From: Bythopirellula sp.
GTDB lineage: Bacteria; Planctomycetota; Planctomycetia; Pirellulales; Lacipirellulaceae
Direction of reading: 5' to 3'
Assembly (NCBI GenBank): GCA_965216565.1
Contig: OZ244170.1
Location: 1,152,001 to 1,216,000 of the forward strand
DNA length: 64,000 bases
The position numbers and the translations under genes were made by a program. Of this stretch, positions 10,334 to 20,831 are shown one piece after another. Under the pieces are notes generated by a model. It did not search any database. It saw only the letters and a list, made by a program, of their open reading frames with translations, and was not told the DNA's origin. The first letter of the stretch is position 1, and the number at the start of each line of letters is the position of its first letter.

Positions 10334-12178
10334 TTAGCCTTCGATTTCCACCAACTCTTCGATCTCGCCGGACGCGGCGAGGAACCGGGCTACCACGCAC
10401 TCGCAAGACAAGTTTTGCCCAAGCAGCGAGCGATTGGCCGTATCTGTGAGTGAACGGTAGAAGAGCCACTGATCCTTGCCGCATTGAGCTCGAAAACCAG
10501 ACGCCACGTCGTGCGGCTGGATTTCCAGATTTTGGGCGATCGTGAGCTGACGCCAGGTGCACTGCTTTTTCGATCGGCCAGCATCCAAATCAATTAATAA
10601 CGGACAGGCCAAATTGCGGCCAACACGTTGCTGCGCTAATCGCATACTGCCGTCGACTTCGGCTAGCTCGCCAAACCGAGGGTCAGTGCGCCACTCGGCT
10701 AGTGCCAGAGGCAAAATTCGCCCCAATGGTTTCGACGTCTTTGCTAAACGCCCTTCACGGGTTTCTCGCTCAGCGATAAACGACACATCGCGGTTGAGCG
10801 GGATCTGCATGCGGTGGGAGATTTCGCCTTCACGGTTTGTCAAAACGTAATCTGAAAGCATTAGAAAGTTTTCGTCGCGAGCGAGGAGGACTTGCCGATC
10901 GAGTTGTCCACCGTCTGCGAGCTCCATGGTTAGCTCGAGAAAATCGACGTCCTCGTCGCTAAACCAACAGATCTCTTCCCAGCTACCCACAGGCTCCAAC
11001 AAATGGCCATCAACAGAAGTCTCCCAATCCCAGGTGCCACTGAACAATTGGTGAGAACCGCTTGTAACGCCAATCCTAAGATCAGGGCTCGAATAATCGA
11101 TTGTTACGGCTGGAACGCCTTTTTCCCATTCAGTACGCATGGAAGCAACGCCTGCCCATTCACAATTATCAGATGTTTCTGGGAAACGATTGTCCGGTTT
11201 TTGAATGATCGACTTCGTGAGCTTTTTGCTGAGTGTGTCCTCAGCCGCAGATACATCGCTTCGATCGCCAGCGAACTGTAGAACTCCGGCGAGAAAGTCG
11301 GGAGTAAGCGATCCTGAGTGTGGCGTGGACAGTATGGGTTCGCCGTTCTGAGAACTTAGCCGCAATGCTTGGGTGGCAGCCCACTGCAATTGCTCTTTAG
11401 CTTTTTTCTTAAATGAAGATTTCTTTGATTGCTGTGAGAGTGAATGACAACGGGTCCAGCTTGCGAGAAGAATGGCATACCAATCGAGGTAAGGGCCGCG
11501 CACCATTCCCTGGCCATTAGTCAGTTCGGCGATGTTCTCCGAAACTGTTGTACCCGATTGTTCGCGCAGCTTGTGGCAACACTTTATCTCTGGAAAGAGG
11601 TGTGCCAATGTCATTGGCAATTCGCCAGCCAGTAATTGTTGCACCAGGCTCTGCTCCGGCGGCAATTCGCAATCGATTGGCCACTCTTCGGCAGCTTTCG
11701 CAATTCCTAAAAGTTCGTCCAAAGCCAGCCACCAATCGGATTCCCCAAGAGCACTTGCAGCCCAGGGCAACAGGTGGGCAATTGCGAGGCACTCAACGGC
11801 AGAACCAACCGTGGCAGGATTCTCCGAGGCATCTCTATGCCAAGACGAGACGATATCTGCAGCCGCCGATAAGGCGGATGAGCTTACGCCTTTGGAATTA
11901 GTCGCGATCTTTTCCAGGCACGTGATGACTTCTGCCAACGGTCCTTGTAACTCGTCGTCTGGCAGTCCCCAGCGTAAAGGGCTAATTCTCGAGTTGAGCA
12001 AGTTGTTGATCGTTCTTGCAGAACGTTGTTTAGTGAGATGCGACGTCCAAATTTTCCATTGCTGAGCGCCGCCAATCTCTGGAGGCGCGCAACTTCGCCA
12101 GAATTTTGATTGCTGTGCTCGATCTTGAATATTCGAAATAGTCGAAGCAGAGGATGCCGGCTCAAGAATGGTAGCCAT
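10334..12178 (-). CDS. Hypothetical protein (helical N-terminal region, beta-rich C-terminal region)
   Basis: 614-aa ORF with AAGGAG RBS upstream; no motif recognised with confidence. Confidence 0.75.
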   Translation of the reverse strand: MATILEPASSASTISNIQDRAQQSKFWRSCAPPEIGGAQQWKIWTSHLTKQRSARTINNLLNSRISPLRWGLPDDELQGPLAEVITCLEKIATNSKGVSSSALSAAADIVSSWHRDASENPATVGSAVECLAIAHLLPWAASALGESDWWLALDELLGIAKAAEEWPIDCELPPEQSLVQQLLAGELPMTLAHLFPEIKCCHKLREQSGTTVSENIAELTNGQGMVRGPYLDWYAILLASWTRCHSLSQQSKKSSFKKKAKEQLQWAATQALRLSSQNGEPILSTPHSGSLTPDFLAGVLQFAGDRSDVSAAEDTLSKKLTKSIIQKPDNRFPETSDNCEWAGVASMRTEWEKGVPAVTIDYSSPDLRIGVTSGSHQLFSGTWDWETSVDGHLLEPVGSWEEICWFSDEDVDFLELTMELADGGQLDRQVLLARDENFLMLSDYVLTNREGEISHRMQIPLNRDVSFIAERETREGRLAKTSKPLGRILPLALAEWRTDPRFGELAEVDGSMRLAQQRVGRNLACPLLIDLDAGRSKKQCTWRQLTIAQNLEIQPHDVASGFRAQCGKDQWLFYRSLTDTANRSLLGQNLSCECVVARFLAASGEIEELVEIEG

Positions 12179-12395
12179 TTTGCTCCTTCAATATGGTCGC
12201 TAGGCGGGATGCATAAGGTGTAAGGCTATGATTTCAGTCTTGCCGTATTCTAGAAAATACTCAGATGATATTCATGGGGGTACGCGAAAATTATCGAAGA
12301 ATGGCCTACCAGACGACTCGCGGGACAATTGGTAGAATTCCAATACTGCAGGTCCTACGTAAATTCAAAGATTACCTTGGAGCAACAAAGATCCC

Positions 12396-13286
12396 ATGGC
12401 AACTGCATTCAGAGCCTTCCTTCTGACTCTCCTTGCTCTGCAGGCTTTGACCTGCCGGGCCGAGGTGGAACTTGGCGACCAAGCGACGGACATTCAGCGC
12501 GACGAAAAGCAGATTCCGCAAGAGGATACCGAACTCCTAGATCACTTTGGTGGCCTGCCGAAGCCCCCCAAGCTTCCTCCGCCGAAGGGGCTGAAGCAGA
12601 TGGCCAAGCCGAATCGGACTTGGATTGACCTGAAAAAGCGGGAAGTTGTGATTGATGGCTATATCTCGCTTCGCGAAGGCATGCTGGAAATGTTTGCTTG
12701 TCCCGTAGGAACCAAAGAGCATGAGTCGGTCATCGCAGTCTACAGTTGGGCCCAAGTCGCTCATGCGGCCCTCTTGGCCGTTGGTGCCGAAAAAGGCACA
12801 CCAGTGAGCTTCAGACCCAAGTTTCAACCACCTACGGGCATGGAGATTGAAATAGAAATCCGCTGGCTCGACGAGAAAAAGAAATGGCGCTCGGCCCGGG
12901 CCCAAGATTGGATAAGAAATGCCCGCACCGGCAAGCCAATGTCGCATCCTTGGGTTTTTGCAGGTAGCGGCTTTTGGAAGGATGAAGATTCTGGCAGAGA
13001 GTACTACATGGGCGATTCGGGCGACTTTATCTGTGTGTCGAATTTCTCGACAGCAACGCTTGATATTCCTGTGGAAAGCTCCCAAATGGCCGGTGGCTTA
13101 GTCTACGAGCCACTAACAGAGAATATCCCCCCCCTGGGCACGCCAGTTCGACTTGTCTTAAAGCCTCAATTCGAAAAAGGAGAAAGGGCGCAGACGTCGG
13201 AAAAGAGAGCGGAACATAAAGGCGGGTCAGGCACTAAGAAAGAAGAGAAACCAAAATCTTCCCAGGCCGAACAAGCCCAAGATTAA
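12396..13286 (+). CDS. YdjY-domain secreted protein
   Basis: Signal peptide; LEMFACPVGTKEHES, WVFAGS and GDFICVSNF motifs. Confidence 0.7.
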   Translation: MATAFRAFLLTLLALQALTCRAEVELGDQATDIQRDEKQIPQEDTELLDHFGGLPKPPKLPPPKGLKQMAKPNRTWIDLKKREVVIDGYISLREGMLEMFACPVGTKEHESVIAVYSWAQVAHAALLAVGAEKGTPVSFRPKFQPPTGMEIEIEIRWLDEKKKWRSARAQDWIRNARTGKPMSHPWVFAGSGFWKDEDSGREYYMGDSGDFICVSNFSTATLDIPVESSQMAGGLVYEPLTENIPPLGTPVRLVLKPQFEKGERAQTSEKRAEHKGGSGTKKEEKPKSSQAEQAQD

Positions 13287-14557
13287 TTCTCGCTTTCTAA
13301 GCTGGCGACGCGTTTGTTAGAAATGTCGTAGCAATAGACTAAGTCTTGATCACGCAAGAAGAGCCGTCCATTGCAGATGACCGGGTGGACCCAAATGCGG
13401 CCCTTGTCTTTGCGGATCGTGGTTTGAGGGTCTAGTTTGAACCGGCCATGCTCCTGCCAGCCATCTGTCGTGGCATCGATCAGGACTACTTCGCCTTCAT
13501 CTTCACTAAGGCAGTAGAAATGGTCTTCCGCGTAAGCGATGGCCCCCTTGCCGAGAACTCCCTTTTCTCGCCATGCCTTGTCGCCAGTTTCAAACTCTTG
13601 GCAAACCCATCCTTTGCCATCCGAAAATCCGTAGAGGTGGTCGTTTAGCAAGATGACACCACCGTGATGGTTTGCCATGAGTTTGTCGTCGTAGATTTTC
13701 TCTGCCGTTAGGTCGTCGGCAACTCGCATCAGCATACAACCTGCGCCATATCCAGAGCTGACATACACTTCGTTGCCGCGGACAATTGGCGTGGGGATTA
13801 CTGCGACGCGACCTGGCCAAGACTCCGACCATAGGATTGTGCCATCGGAGAGGTCGAATCCTACGAGTTGCTTTTCGAGCAATTGGATGCCAATCGTTTG
13901 ATTGGCGACTTCCATGGTTACAATCGAGGAGTAGTGGGCCATGTCAGTTATGTCGCTAGATCGCCACAGCACTTCGCCAGTCTCTTTTGCCAGTGCGGCA
14001 ATCGTTCCGGGTTCTCCACCCGGGGTACAAAGAACCATGTTTTTGTAGACAAGCGGCGACTCCGCGTATCCCCAAACGGGAATCTTGCCGCCAAGTTCTG
14101 TCATCGAAGCGGACCACACCTGGCTACCATCCGATTTGTTTGAGCAAGTTAGCGTGCCATTCGCGGTCATGGTAAAGATCAGATCACCGTCCACAGTCGG
14201 AGTCGATCGCGGTCCATCGCCCCAGCTATTCTCGTAGATATCCGACAGATCGCTTTGCCAAATTTCTTTGCCTGTTGCGGCATCAAGGCAAAGTAGTTGG
14301 GATTGGCCTTCCCGCCCTCCCATGATGTAGAGTTTGCCTTCTACAATTGCTGGTCCTGCATATCCAACGCCACAGTCTTCAAACATCCACGAACGCGTAG
14401 GGCCGCCCTCAGGCCAACTGGTAAGGAGTCCGCGCTCCGTGGAAAGATCGTCACGATTTGGCCCCCGCCATTGCGGCCATTTGTTCTCTGCCAGGCAGGG
14501 TAGTAGGGTGAGCGCGCCTAACAAAATACTTGTTGCGCATCTAAGCAGCGAGACCAT
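13283..14557 (-). CDS. PQQ-binding-like beta-propeller protein (BamB-like, planctomycete-expanded family)
   Basis: Signal peptide; WPQWRGPNRD, GPRSTPTVDG, repeated LDAATGKEIW-type blades, WVHPVICNGRLFLRD. Confidence 0.88.
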   Translation of the reverse strand: MVSLLRCATSILLGALTLLPCLAENKWPQWRGPNRDDLSTERGLLTSWPEGGPTRSWMFEDCGVGYAGPAIVEGKLYIMGGREGQSQLLCLDAATGKEIWQSDLSDIYENSWGDGPRSTPTVDGDLIFTMTANGTLTCSNKSDGSQVWSASMTELGGKIPVWGYAESPLVYKNMVLCTPGGEPGTIAALAKETGEVLWRSSDITDMAHYSSIVTMEVANQTIGIQLLEKQLVGFDLSDGTILWSESWPGRVAVIPTPIVRGNEVYVSSGYGAGCMLMRVADDLTAEKIYDDKLMANHHGGVILLNDHLYGFSDGKGWVCQEFETGDKAWREKGVLGKGAIAYAEDHFYCLSEDEGEVVLIDATTDGWQEHGRFKLDPQTTIRKDKGRIWVHPVICNGRLFLRDQDLVYCYDISNKRVASLESEN

Positions 14558-14903
14558 ATTCGAACTCCGTTCCAAGTTTCGGGTGCCGATAAGTAGGGCG
14601 GCAGCAAATTCTCGTTTCTAGCCGTTATCTTAAAGTACCGCCAAACGCCTGAGAAGGCTGAGGATCGGTAGTGGCCGGGTTTTGGGCCTGTAAAGGGCTT
14701 CCAGAGCCGGTGTTTACACGCGGCAACACCTGTTGCCAATCCGAACAAGCCTTAGCCCGTAAAGGGTCTGATCGTAGCGATTGTGCTCTGTATTGGGCTC
14801 AGATCGGCGCTTTGAAAAATTGGCACCCGCTTTGCCAGTATTTGCTGGCGTCTCGGACACGCACCGCTGACCTCGCGCTGAAATCGAAGACCTCACCGCA
14901 CAT

Positions 14904-15902
14904 ATGGAGCACAATATGACTCAGTCATTGCTAGAAAACTGGAGCCAAGAAGATTTTCACACCGTCGAAGAAGGTGTGCTCGTGGGGCGACATCGATTGG
15001 CCGAAACTGGTTTGTTTACTGATGAATCACTTGCTGAGATCATCGACAACCACCCCTCGGAAGACTTGAGCGTCAATACGATGGGCTCAGAGCCCGGAAT
15101 TTTCGATTGGCGCGAGGGGGACCGCAACGGCGTCGACGGTGCGACATTGGTCCAGTTGGTTCGCACCGGTCAATTGTGGGTGAATTGCCGCAAGATGATT
15201 CAACATCAGCCCAGGATCGCGAAATTGGTAAATGCGATTTATGACGAAATCGAACAGAATAAGCCAGGGTTCAAAGCCGAAGACCGAACCGCCAATCTGC
15301 TGATCTCTTCGCCTGGTGCGTGGGTGCCCTACCATGTCGATATGCCGGTAAACATGCTGTGGCACATTCGCGGCAAGAAGCGCGCTTGGGTTTATCCTCA
15401 TTTCGACAATCGCTTTGCCTCGCCGTTTGTGCTGGGCAAGGTTTGCTCGGGAGAGTGGTCGGAGGAGATTCCTTACGATGAGTCGTTCGACCGCTATGCT
15501 CTAACGTTTGATGCCGAGCCAGGGCAACTGATTACCTGGCCGCAATTGGCTCCGCATCGGGTAGAAAACCTTGATGGTCTGAATGTCTCGCTTTCGACCG
15601 AGCACAAGAATGCCCGCGCTCGCAGAAGGATCAACGTCCACACGGCCAATGGTTTACTCAGAGATAGATTTGGTATCGGCACCAACGACATAGCCGTGGA
15701 TGGCGTGCAGGCCCATGTCAAGCAGTTTGCTTCGCGTGTTTCGAACCTTGCCAATAGGTTCTTTGGCAATGAAAAAGAGCAGTACACCTATCCCGTGAGC
15801 TTTGTCGTGGATCCCTCTGCGGAGAATGGCTACCGACTGATTGAGGGGGAGGACACTCCCGTGGTGGCCCCGCATCTGGAGGTTGGTGCCTCAGCGGTCT
15901 AG
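14904..15902 (+). CDS. Cupin-like / JmjC-type Fe(II)-2-oxoglutarate oxygenase family protein
   Basis: LLISSPG..VPYHVD..NMLWHIRGKK and PHRVEN give an HxD...H triad. Confidence 0.75.
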   Translation: MEHNMTQSLLENWSQEDFHTVEEGVLVGRHRLAETGLFTDESLAEIIDNHPSEDLSVNTMGSEPGIFDWREGDRNGVDGATLVQLVRTGQLWVNCRKMIQHQPRIAKLVNAIYDEIEQNKPGFKAEDRTANLLISSPGAWVPYHVDMPVNMLWHIRGKKRAWVYPHFDNRFASPFVLGKVCSGEWSEEIPYDESFDRYALTFDAEPGQLITWPQLAPHRVENLDGLNVSLSTEHKNARARRRINVHTANGLLRDRFGIGTNDIAVDGVQAHVKQFASRVSNLANRFFGNEKEQYTYPVSFVVDPSAENGYRLIEGEDTPVVAPHLEVGASAV

Positions 15903-16101
15903 GGCCACGGTATTCTTCCCGTTCCACTTGATTGGTTATGCAAACAGGTGATGCACCGCAGGCAAGATCGGCAGAGCATAGCCACGGAAGGCCTGTTGCT
16001 GCATAATGGTCAGTTTCAACAGAGTCGTCTGCTACCGAACAGGGTAGGGACGGCAGGAATTCCCGCGTTTCGATCAGTTCGAGACTTCAACAGAAACAAC
16101 G

Positions 16102-17460
16102 ATGGCTATGAGTGAAATCGCAGATAGTTGGAGCCCCGCATCATGGGTGTCTAAGCAAGTTCTCCAGCAACCCACGTACGAAGATAGTACAGCACTTGAG
16201 AAGGCTCTCGAGCGTCTAAGCAAATTGCCACCGTTGGTGACTAGCTGGGAAATCCACTCATTAAAAGAGAAGTTGGCCAAAGCCAGTCGGGGTGAAGCGT
16301 TCGTTCTGCAGGGCGGTGATTGTAGTGAGGATCTGGACGAGTGTTCGTCGGATGCCATCGTTCGCAATTTCAAAGTTCTGCTGCAGATGAGCTTCGTCCT
16401 AGCCTATGGCACCAAACAGCAAATCGTGCGTATCGGAAGAGTTGCCGGACAGTATGCTAAGCCGAGATCCAGCGATAGCGAAACCCGCGATGGTGTCACG
16501 CTGCCTTCCTATCGGGGCGATATAGTCAACCGTAGCGGTTTTTCTGTCGAAGATCGACGTCCTGATCCTGAGCTTCTGTTGAGAGGCTACGAGCGTTCAG
16601 CACTGACTCTTAATTTTATTCGAGCACTTTCCGTTGGTGGTTTTGCCGACTTGCATCATCCTGAGAATTGGGAACTCGAGTTTGGCGGAGATTCACCAAG
16701 GAGCAAACGGTATCACGCCCTGTTGGAATCGATCACTCAAACCTTGTCCTTTATGGAAAAGCTTACGGGCAGCTCTTCTGTTGGCACGAAAGGTGTTGAG
16801 TTCTTCACATCCCACGAAGGGCTGCATCTCAAGTACGAACAGTCGCAAACTCGCGAAGTTCCTGGCCGAACGGGGTGGTACAACCTGAGCACCCATTTCC
16901 CCTGGATCGGCAACCGCACTCGACAGCTAGACGGAGCCCACGTCGAGTATTTCCGCGGCATCATCAATCCCATTGGCATCAAGATCGACGATGTGATTGA
17001 TACGGATGAATTGCTAAAACTCACCGAATTGCTCAATCCAGAAAATGAAGCGGGACGAATTACGTTAATCCATCGAATCGGAGCGAAAAAGATACAGGAT
17101 GCTCTGCCGAGAATTGTAGAAAGTGTGCAGAAGAGTGGCCAGAATGTACTGTGGATTGCCGACCCCATGCACGGGAATACCTTCTCAGCCGAGGGCGGAC
17201 GCAAAACGCGCGACTTTGACGCGATCCTCTCCGAGCTTCGGCATTCTTTCGCCATTCACAAATCTTGCGGTTCAAAGCTGGGTGGAGTCCATCTGGAATT
17301 AACTGGGGACAATGTCACGGAGTGCGTTGGCGGTCCTGCCAATCTGAAGGAATCCGATCTGGGCAGAGCCTATAAGACTGCCGTCGATCCCCGGCTGAAT
17401 TACGATCAGGCGATGGAAATTGCTTTTCTAATTGTCGACGAACTAAAACAATCTAGCTGA
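16102..17460 (+). CDS. 3-deoxy-7-phosphoheptulonate (DAHP) synthase, class II
   Basis: LQGGDCSE, GRVAGQYAKPRS, SYRGDIVN, WIGNRTRQLDGAHVE, DPMHGNT, DPRLN. Confidence 0.95.
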   Translation: MAMSEIADSWSPASWVSKQVLQQPTYEDSTALEKALERLSKLPPLVTSWEIHSLKEKLAKASRGEAFVLQGGDCSEDLDECSSDAIVRNFKVLLQMSFVLAYGTKQQIVRIGRVAGQYAKPRSSDSETRDGVTLPSYRGDIVNRSGFSVEDRRPDPELLLRGYERSALTLNFIRALSVGGFADLHHPENWELEFGGDSPRSKRYHALLESITQTLSFMEKLTGSSSVGTKGVEFFTSHEGLHLKYEQSQTREVPGRTGWYNLSTHFPWIGNRTRQLDGAHVEYFRGIINPIGIKIDDVIDTDELLKLTELLNPENEAGRITLIHRIGAKKIQDALPRIVESVQKSGQNVLWIADPMHGNTFSAEGGRKTRDFDAILSELRHSFAIHKSCGSKLGGVHLELTGDNVTECVGGPANLKESDLGRAYKTAVDPRLNYDQAMEIAFLIVDELKQSS

Positions 17461-17467
17461 GCCTCTC

Positions 17468-18637
17468 ATGGAAGAGTTTCAAATCTCCAGCACGGTCGGT
17501 GTGTTGGCTACACTCAGCGGGATTTGTGCGTTCTTCTTTTGGCTCGAAAAGAAGACGGCCTGGCGGCTGTTTCAGTTTCTGCCACCGTTGATCTTCATTT
17601 ATCTCGTGCCGGTTCTGCTCTCGGGAGGAGGGCTGCTGGTTTCCGATTCCCCAGTTTATAGTGTTATCCGTAGTGTCGCGCTGCCAATGATGCTCGTGCT
17701 ATTGCTGCTGAAAGTTGACGTCGGTGGGGCTGTACGAGTGCTGGGTCGAGGAGTGGGAGTCATGCTCTTCGGCACGCTAGGTGTAATGATCGGAGCACCG
17801 ATCGGATTTCTTGCCGTCAAATCCTGGCTTGGCCCTGAAAGCTGGAAAGCCTTTGGGGTGTTGGCAGGCAGTTGGATTGGCGGCACGGGAAACATGGCTG
17901 CGGTAAGCGAGATGATTGGTGCCAGCGGCACGGATGTAGGGCTTGCCGTGGTAGGTGATTCAGCGATCTATCTGTTTTGGTTGCCCATCTTACTGGGCTC
18001 TAAATTACTAGCCGATAAGTTTGCTCGCTTCTCTGGCGTCGACAAAGATCGGGTGGCCAAGATGGAGGCCGCCGCCGCGGAGGAGCATAACGAACGCGTT
18101 GCTCCTACAACGCCAGACATCCTCGCGCTGTTGGCGATCGCTCTGATTGCGACTTGGATCGCCGAGATCATCGCCTTGCAATTGCCGGTGGCCGAGCCTT
18201 ACCTGAGCGTATCGACATGGAGAATCTTACTAATCACGTGTATTGGAATCAGCCTCTCGTTCACGCCCCTCAGTAAAATCGCTGGCAGTCACGAATTTGG
18301 CATGGCACTAGTCTATCTTTTTGTGGCCCGCATGGGTGCGAGTACCGATTTGCAAAGTGCGGCAGATCAGATTATTCCATTTCTCGTGGGAGCGACCATC
18401 TGGATTTTCATCCACGGCTTTTTCTGCCTATTGGGTGCAAAGATTTTGAAGGTCGACGTCCACACAGCGGCGATTGCGAGTGCCGCCAACATCGGTGGGG
18501 CCGCTTCGGCGCCGATCGTCGCCGCCCATCATCGCAGTAGCCTGGTGCCGGCCAGCATCTTGATGGCACTCATCGGTTACGCAGTCGGCAACTTTGCTGC
18601 CTATTTCACGGCGTTACTCTGTTCCTGGGTCGCCTGA
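17468..18637 (+). CDS. DUF819 family multi-pass membrane protein
   Basis: About 11-12 TM helices; LAGSWIGGTGNMAAV and ASAANIGGAASAPIVA motifs. Confidence 0.85.
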   Translation: MEEFQISSTVGVLATLSGICAFFFWLEKKTAWRLFQFLPPLIFIYLVPVLLSGGGLLVSDSPVYSVIRSVALPMMLVLLLLKVDVGGAVRVLGRGVGVMLFGTLGVMIGAPIGFLAVKSWLGPESWKAFGVLAGSWIGGTGNMAAVSEMIGASGTDVGLAVVGDSAIYLFWLPILLGSKLLADKFARFSGVDKDRVAKMEAAAAEEHNERVAPTTPDILALLAIALIATWIAEIIALQLPVAEPYLSVSTWRILLITCIGISLSFTPLSKIAGSHEFGMALVYLFVARMGASTDLQSAADQIIPFLVGATIWIFIHGFFCLLGAKILKVDVHTAAIASAANIGGAASAPIVAAHHRSSLVPASILMALIGYAVGNFAAYFTALLCSWVA

Positions 18638-18664
18638 GCGAAGAAAGCGAATCCGCAACGGGCG

Positions 18665-19828
18665 TCACCACAGCCGTTTCGCAAAGACGAACGAAGCGTC
18701 ACGCTTTTCGTCGTAGTTGTCGTGATCTGGGTTGAAGCTCGCAATCGTTACCTTGGGCAGTTCCGCATGGAGAAACTGATCGTCGCCCAAATAGAGTGCT
18801 GTGTGCCGAATCTTCCCATGCGACCCGACGAAGTAAAGCGTATCGCCCCGCTTCATCCGCGACCGGTGCCAGCGTGTGCCGGTAAGCTGGCCAACGAGAA
18901 ACTGTTGATTGGAGTCGCGGGGCAGATGCAGGCCAATCGAGGCGTATGAGATTTGCACCAACCCAGAGCAATCAATGCCGCTTGCAGTTTTACCACCCCA
19001 ATGGTACGGCGTACCCAGCAGTTCTCTGCCACAATTGATCGCACGATCGATCTCTGCTGCGTTGATCTCAACCGGCGTGCAGATCTTCTCGGGAATATCT
19101 ACCACCTCGCCACTGGGTAGGGCACAGCGTACGCTTCCCTTCTCCCCCGGGATCTGCTTGAGGATTGCCCCCGCAGGCAGTACAAGTCCTGACGCGAGTT
19201 TATATTGCGACGTAACCCGAACGCTGGAATCGGTAGGATATCGATCAAACGCCGACGCCGAACAGCGATGCACGTCGGCAGCGGCCACATAACCCAGATA
19301 CCCTTCGCGGCTATGTACCAGCAGGTGATCGCCTTCTTCCTTGAGCAGGTAGAGTGGCTCGCCGAGCAGGCAGTCGGTGACGACTTCGCGAGGCTCTTGA
19401 GGCCGATTGTAGCTCAGCGAGTGCGTTGTTTTTATCAATCCAAATGGCTTCTCTCCCAAGTCTTGCGACGGCAGGACCTCAAGATCGTTCTGTAGATTTT
19501 CAAACCCTAGGGCGTTCAAAAAGCCCATGATTCCTCGGATTGTTTCAGGGAATTCGACGTGGCCACTCAGAACTATCTCACCATCCTCAGCGGGAGTCGC
19601 ATGAACTTTAAAAGCAAACAGCCGAGTGTCGTTGGCCAGATTGGTGCGAAAGTATTCTACATACTGCGGCAAGCGCTCTGCAGAACCCTGAAGAGATGGC
19701 TCGATGCCTCGCGCTAGTCGGGTGATTCTGCCATCTTGGCTTGGTGGTGCAAGCGTTGTCGGCTGGCCACTTGCGCTCGTTGCCACAGAAAGGATCAGGA
19801 GGAAATAAACTGGTCGAAGAAACATCAT
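18665..19828 (-). CDS. NlpC/P60 (C40) peptidase with SH3b region, YkfC/dipeptidyl-peptidase VI-like
   Basis: Signal peptide; LGTPYHWGG..GIDCSGLVQ, LPRDS, HTALYLG..FLHA; GYLGYV SH3b motif; BON-like N-terminal segment. Confidence 0.88.
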   Translation of the reverse strand: MMFLRPVYFLLILSVATSASGQPTTLAPPSQDGRITRLARGIEPSLQGSAERLPQYVEYFRTNLANDTRLFAFKVHATPAEDGEIVLSGHVEFPETIRGIMGFLNALGFENLQNDLEVLPSQDLGEKPFGLIKTTHSLSYNRPQEPREVVTDCLLGEPLYLLKEEGDHLLVHSREGYLGYVAAADVHRCSASAFDRYPTDSSVRVTSQYKLASGLVLPAGAILKQIPGEKGSVRCALPSGEVVDIPEKICTPVEINAAEIDRAINCGRELLGTPYHWGGKTASGIDCSGLVQISYASIGLHLPRDSNQQFLVGQLTGTRWHRSRMKRGDTLYFVGSHGKIRHTALYLGDDQFLHAELPKVTIASFNPDHDNYDEKRDASFVFAKRLW

Positions 19829-19851
19829 GCTGAAACTTTCACTGAGTAATG

Positions 19852-20556
19852 CTACTCAACAGGGAAATTGAAGTAAGTATTGGGATACGGTTCGGACTTC
19901 AAAGTGAAGTGCCACCATTCTTTCTTGTATGGGCGAAATCCGTGCTTTTCCATGAGCGCGCGGAGCAGCAAACGGTTGGCACGCTGCTCGGTGCTGAGTG
20001 GCTTATGTTCTGTCCACGATTGCTTGCCGAAAAAATCGAACGGCGTGCCCATGTCTAATTCAGCCACTTCCTCGGGTTTAGTGAGATCAACGAGGGTCAA
20101 ATCCACGGTGCTGCCGCGACTGTGGCTCGACTTGGCGGCAATGTATCCTTGCTCGAACAGCAGGCGTTTATCCACGTCGGGGTAGAAATCTCGTTTGGTG
20201 CTCGTATCCTTCCTATCTTTGGCCCAGCGAACAAAGTGGTCGACCGCCTGCTGAGGTCTGTAGGCGTCGAAAACTTTCAGCCCCAAGCCAAAACTGGCAA
20301 GTTCGTTTTGGACCTCCTTCAGTGCCGCTGCCGCTTCTTTGGTAAGCAGGCATCGAGGGCTTTTGTAACCCTCGACGCGAGTTCCTACAAAATTCTCCGT
20401 CTTGTAGTAACGCAAGTCGACGACGAGATTCGGTACCACCTGAGACGCATCGACAAACCCTTCCGGCAAAGGTTGAGCAGAGGAACTCATCGACGTATGG
20501 AAGAAAAATCCGGCTACGAACAGTGCAAAGGAACCACTAAGAAGGTTACGACTCAT
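19852..20556 (-). CDS. ddpX: D-alanyl-D-alanine dipeptidase (M15D, VanX/DdpX family)
   Basis: DAYRPQ, SSHSRGSTVDLT, DMGTPFDFF and EWWHF zinc-peptidase motifs; signal peptide. Confidence 0.92.
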   Translation of the reverse strand: MSRNLLSGSFALFVAGFFFHTSMSSSAQPLPEGFVDASQVVPNLVVDLRYYKTENFVGTRVEGYKSPRCLLTKEAAAALKEVQNELASFGLGLKVFDAYRPQQAVDHFVRWAKDRKDTSTKRDFYPDVDKRLLFEQGYIAAKSSHSRGSTVDLTLVDLTKPEEVAELDMGTPFDFFGKQSWTEHKPLSTEQRANRLLLRALMEKHGFRPYKKEWWHFTLKSEPYPNTYFNFPVE

Positions 20557-20831
20557 ATCGGGCAATCGGCTAAATAACAGACGGATGGCACGTTTAGCCA
20601 ATTATGCCGGGATCCGTGGGCGTGGACAACTGACGTAGAAGCGCAGCAAGTTGTCGCTTTTTCGCATTTCGCGGAGCAGATCCGTGTGCGTCCGACTCGA
20701 CCGATGCTCTGGTATGGCAATCTCAATAGGTGCTAGAGACTCCAAGCGGGTTTTGCAAGAATGAGCTCAACGTAGCGAGTTGTGCGAGAAGGGTTTTACG
20801 TTCAAAAAGGCTCCATTATTGCGTGGCGGGA

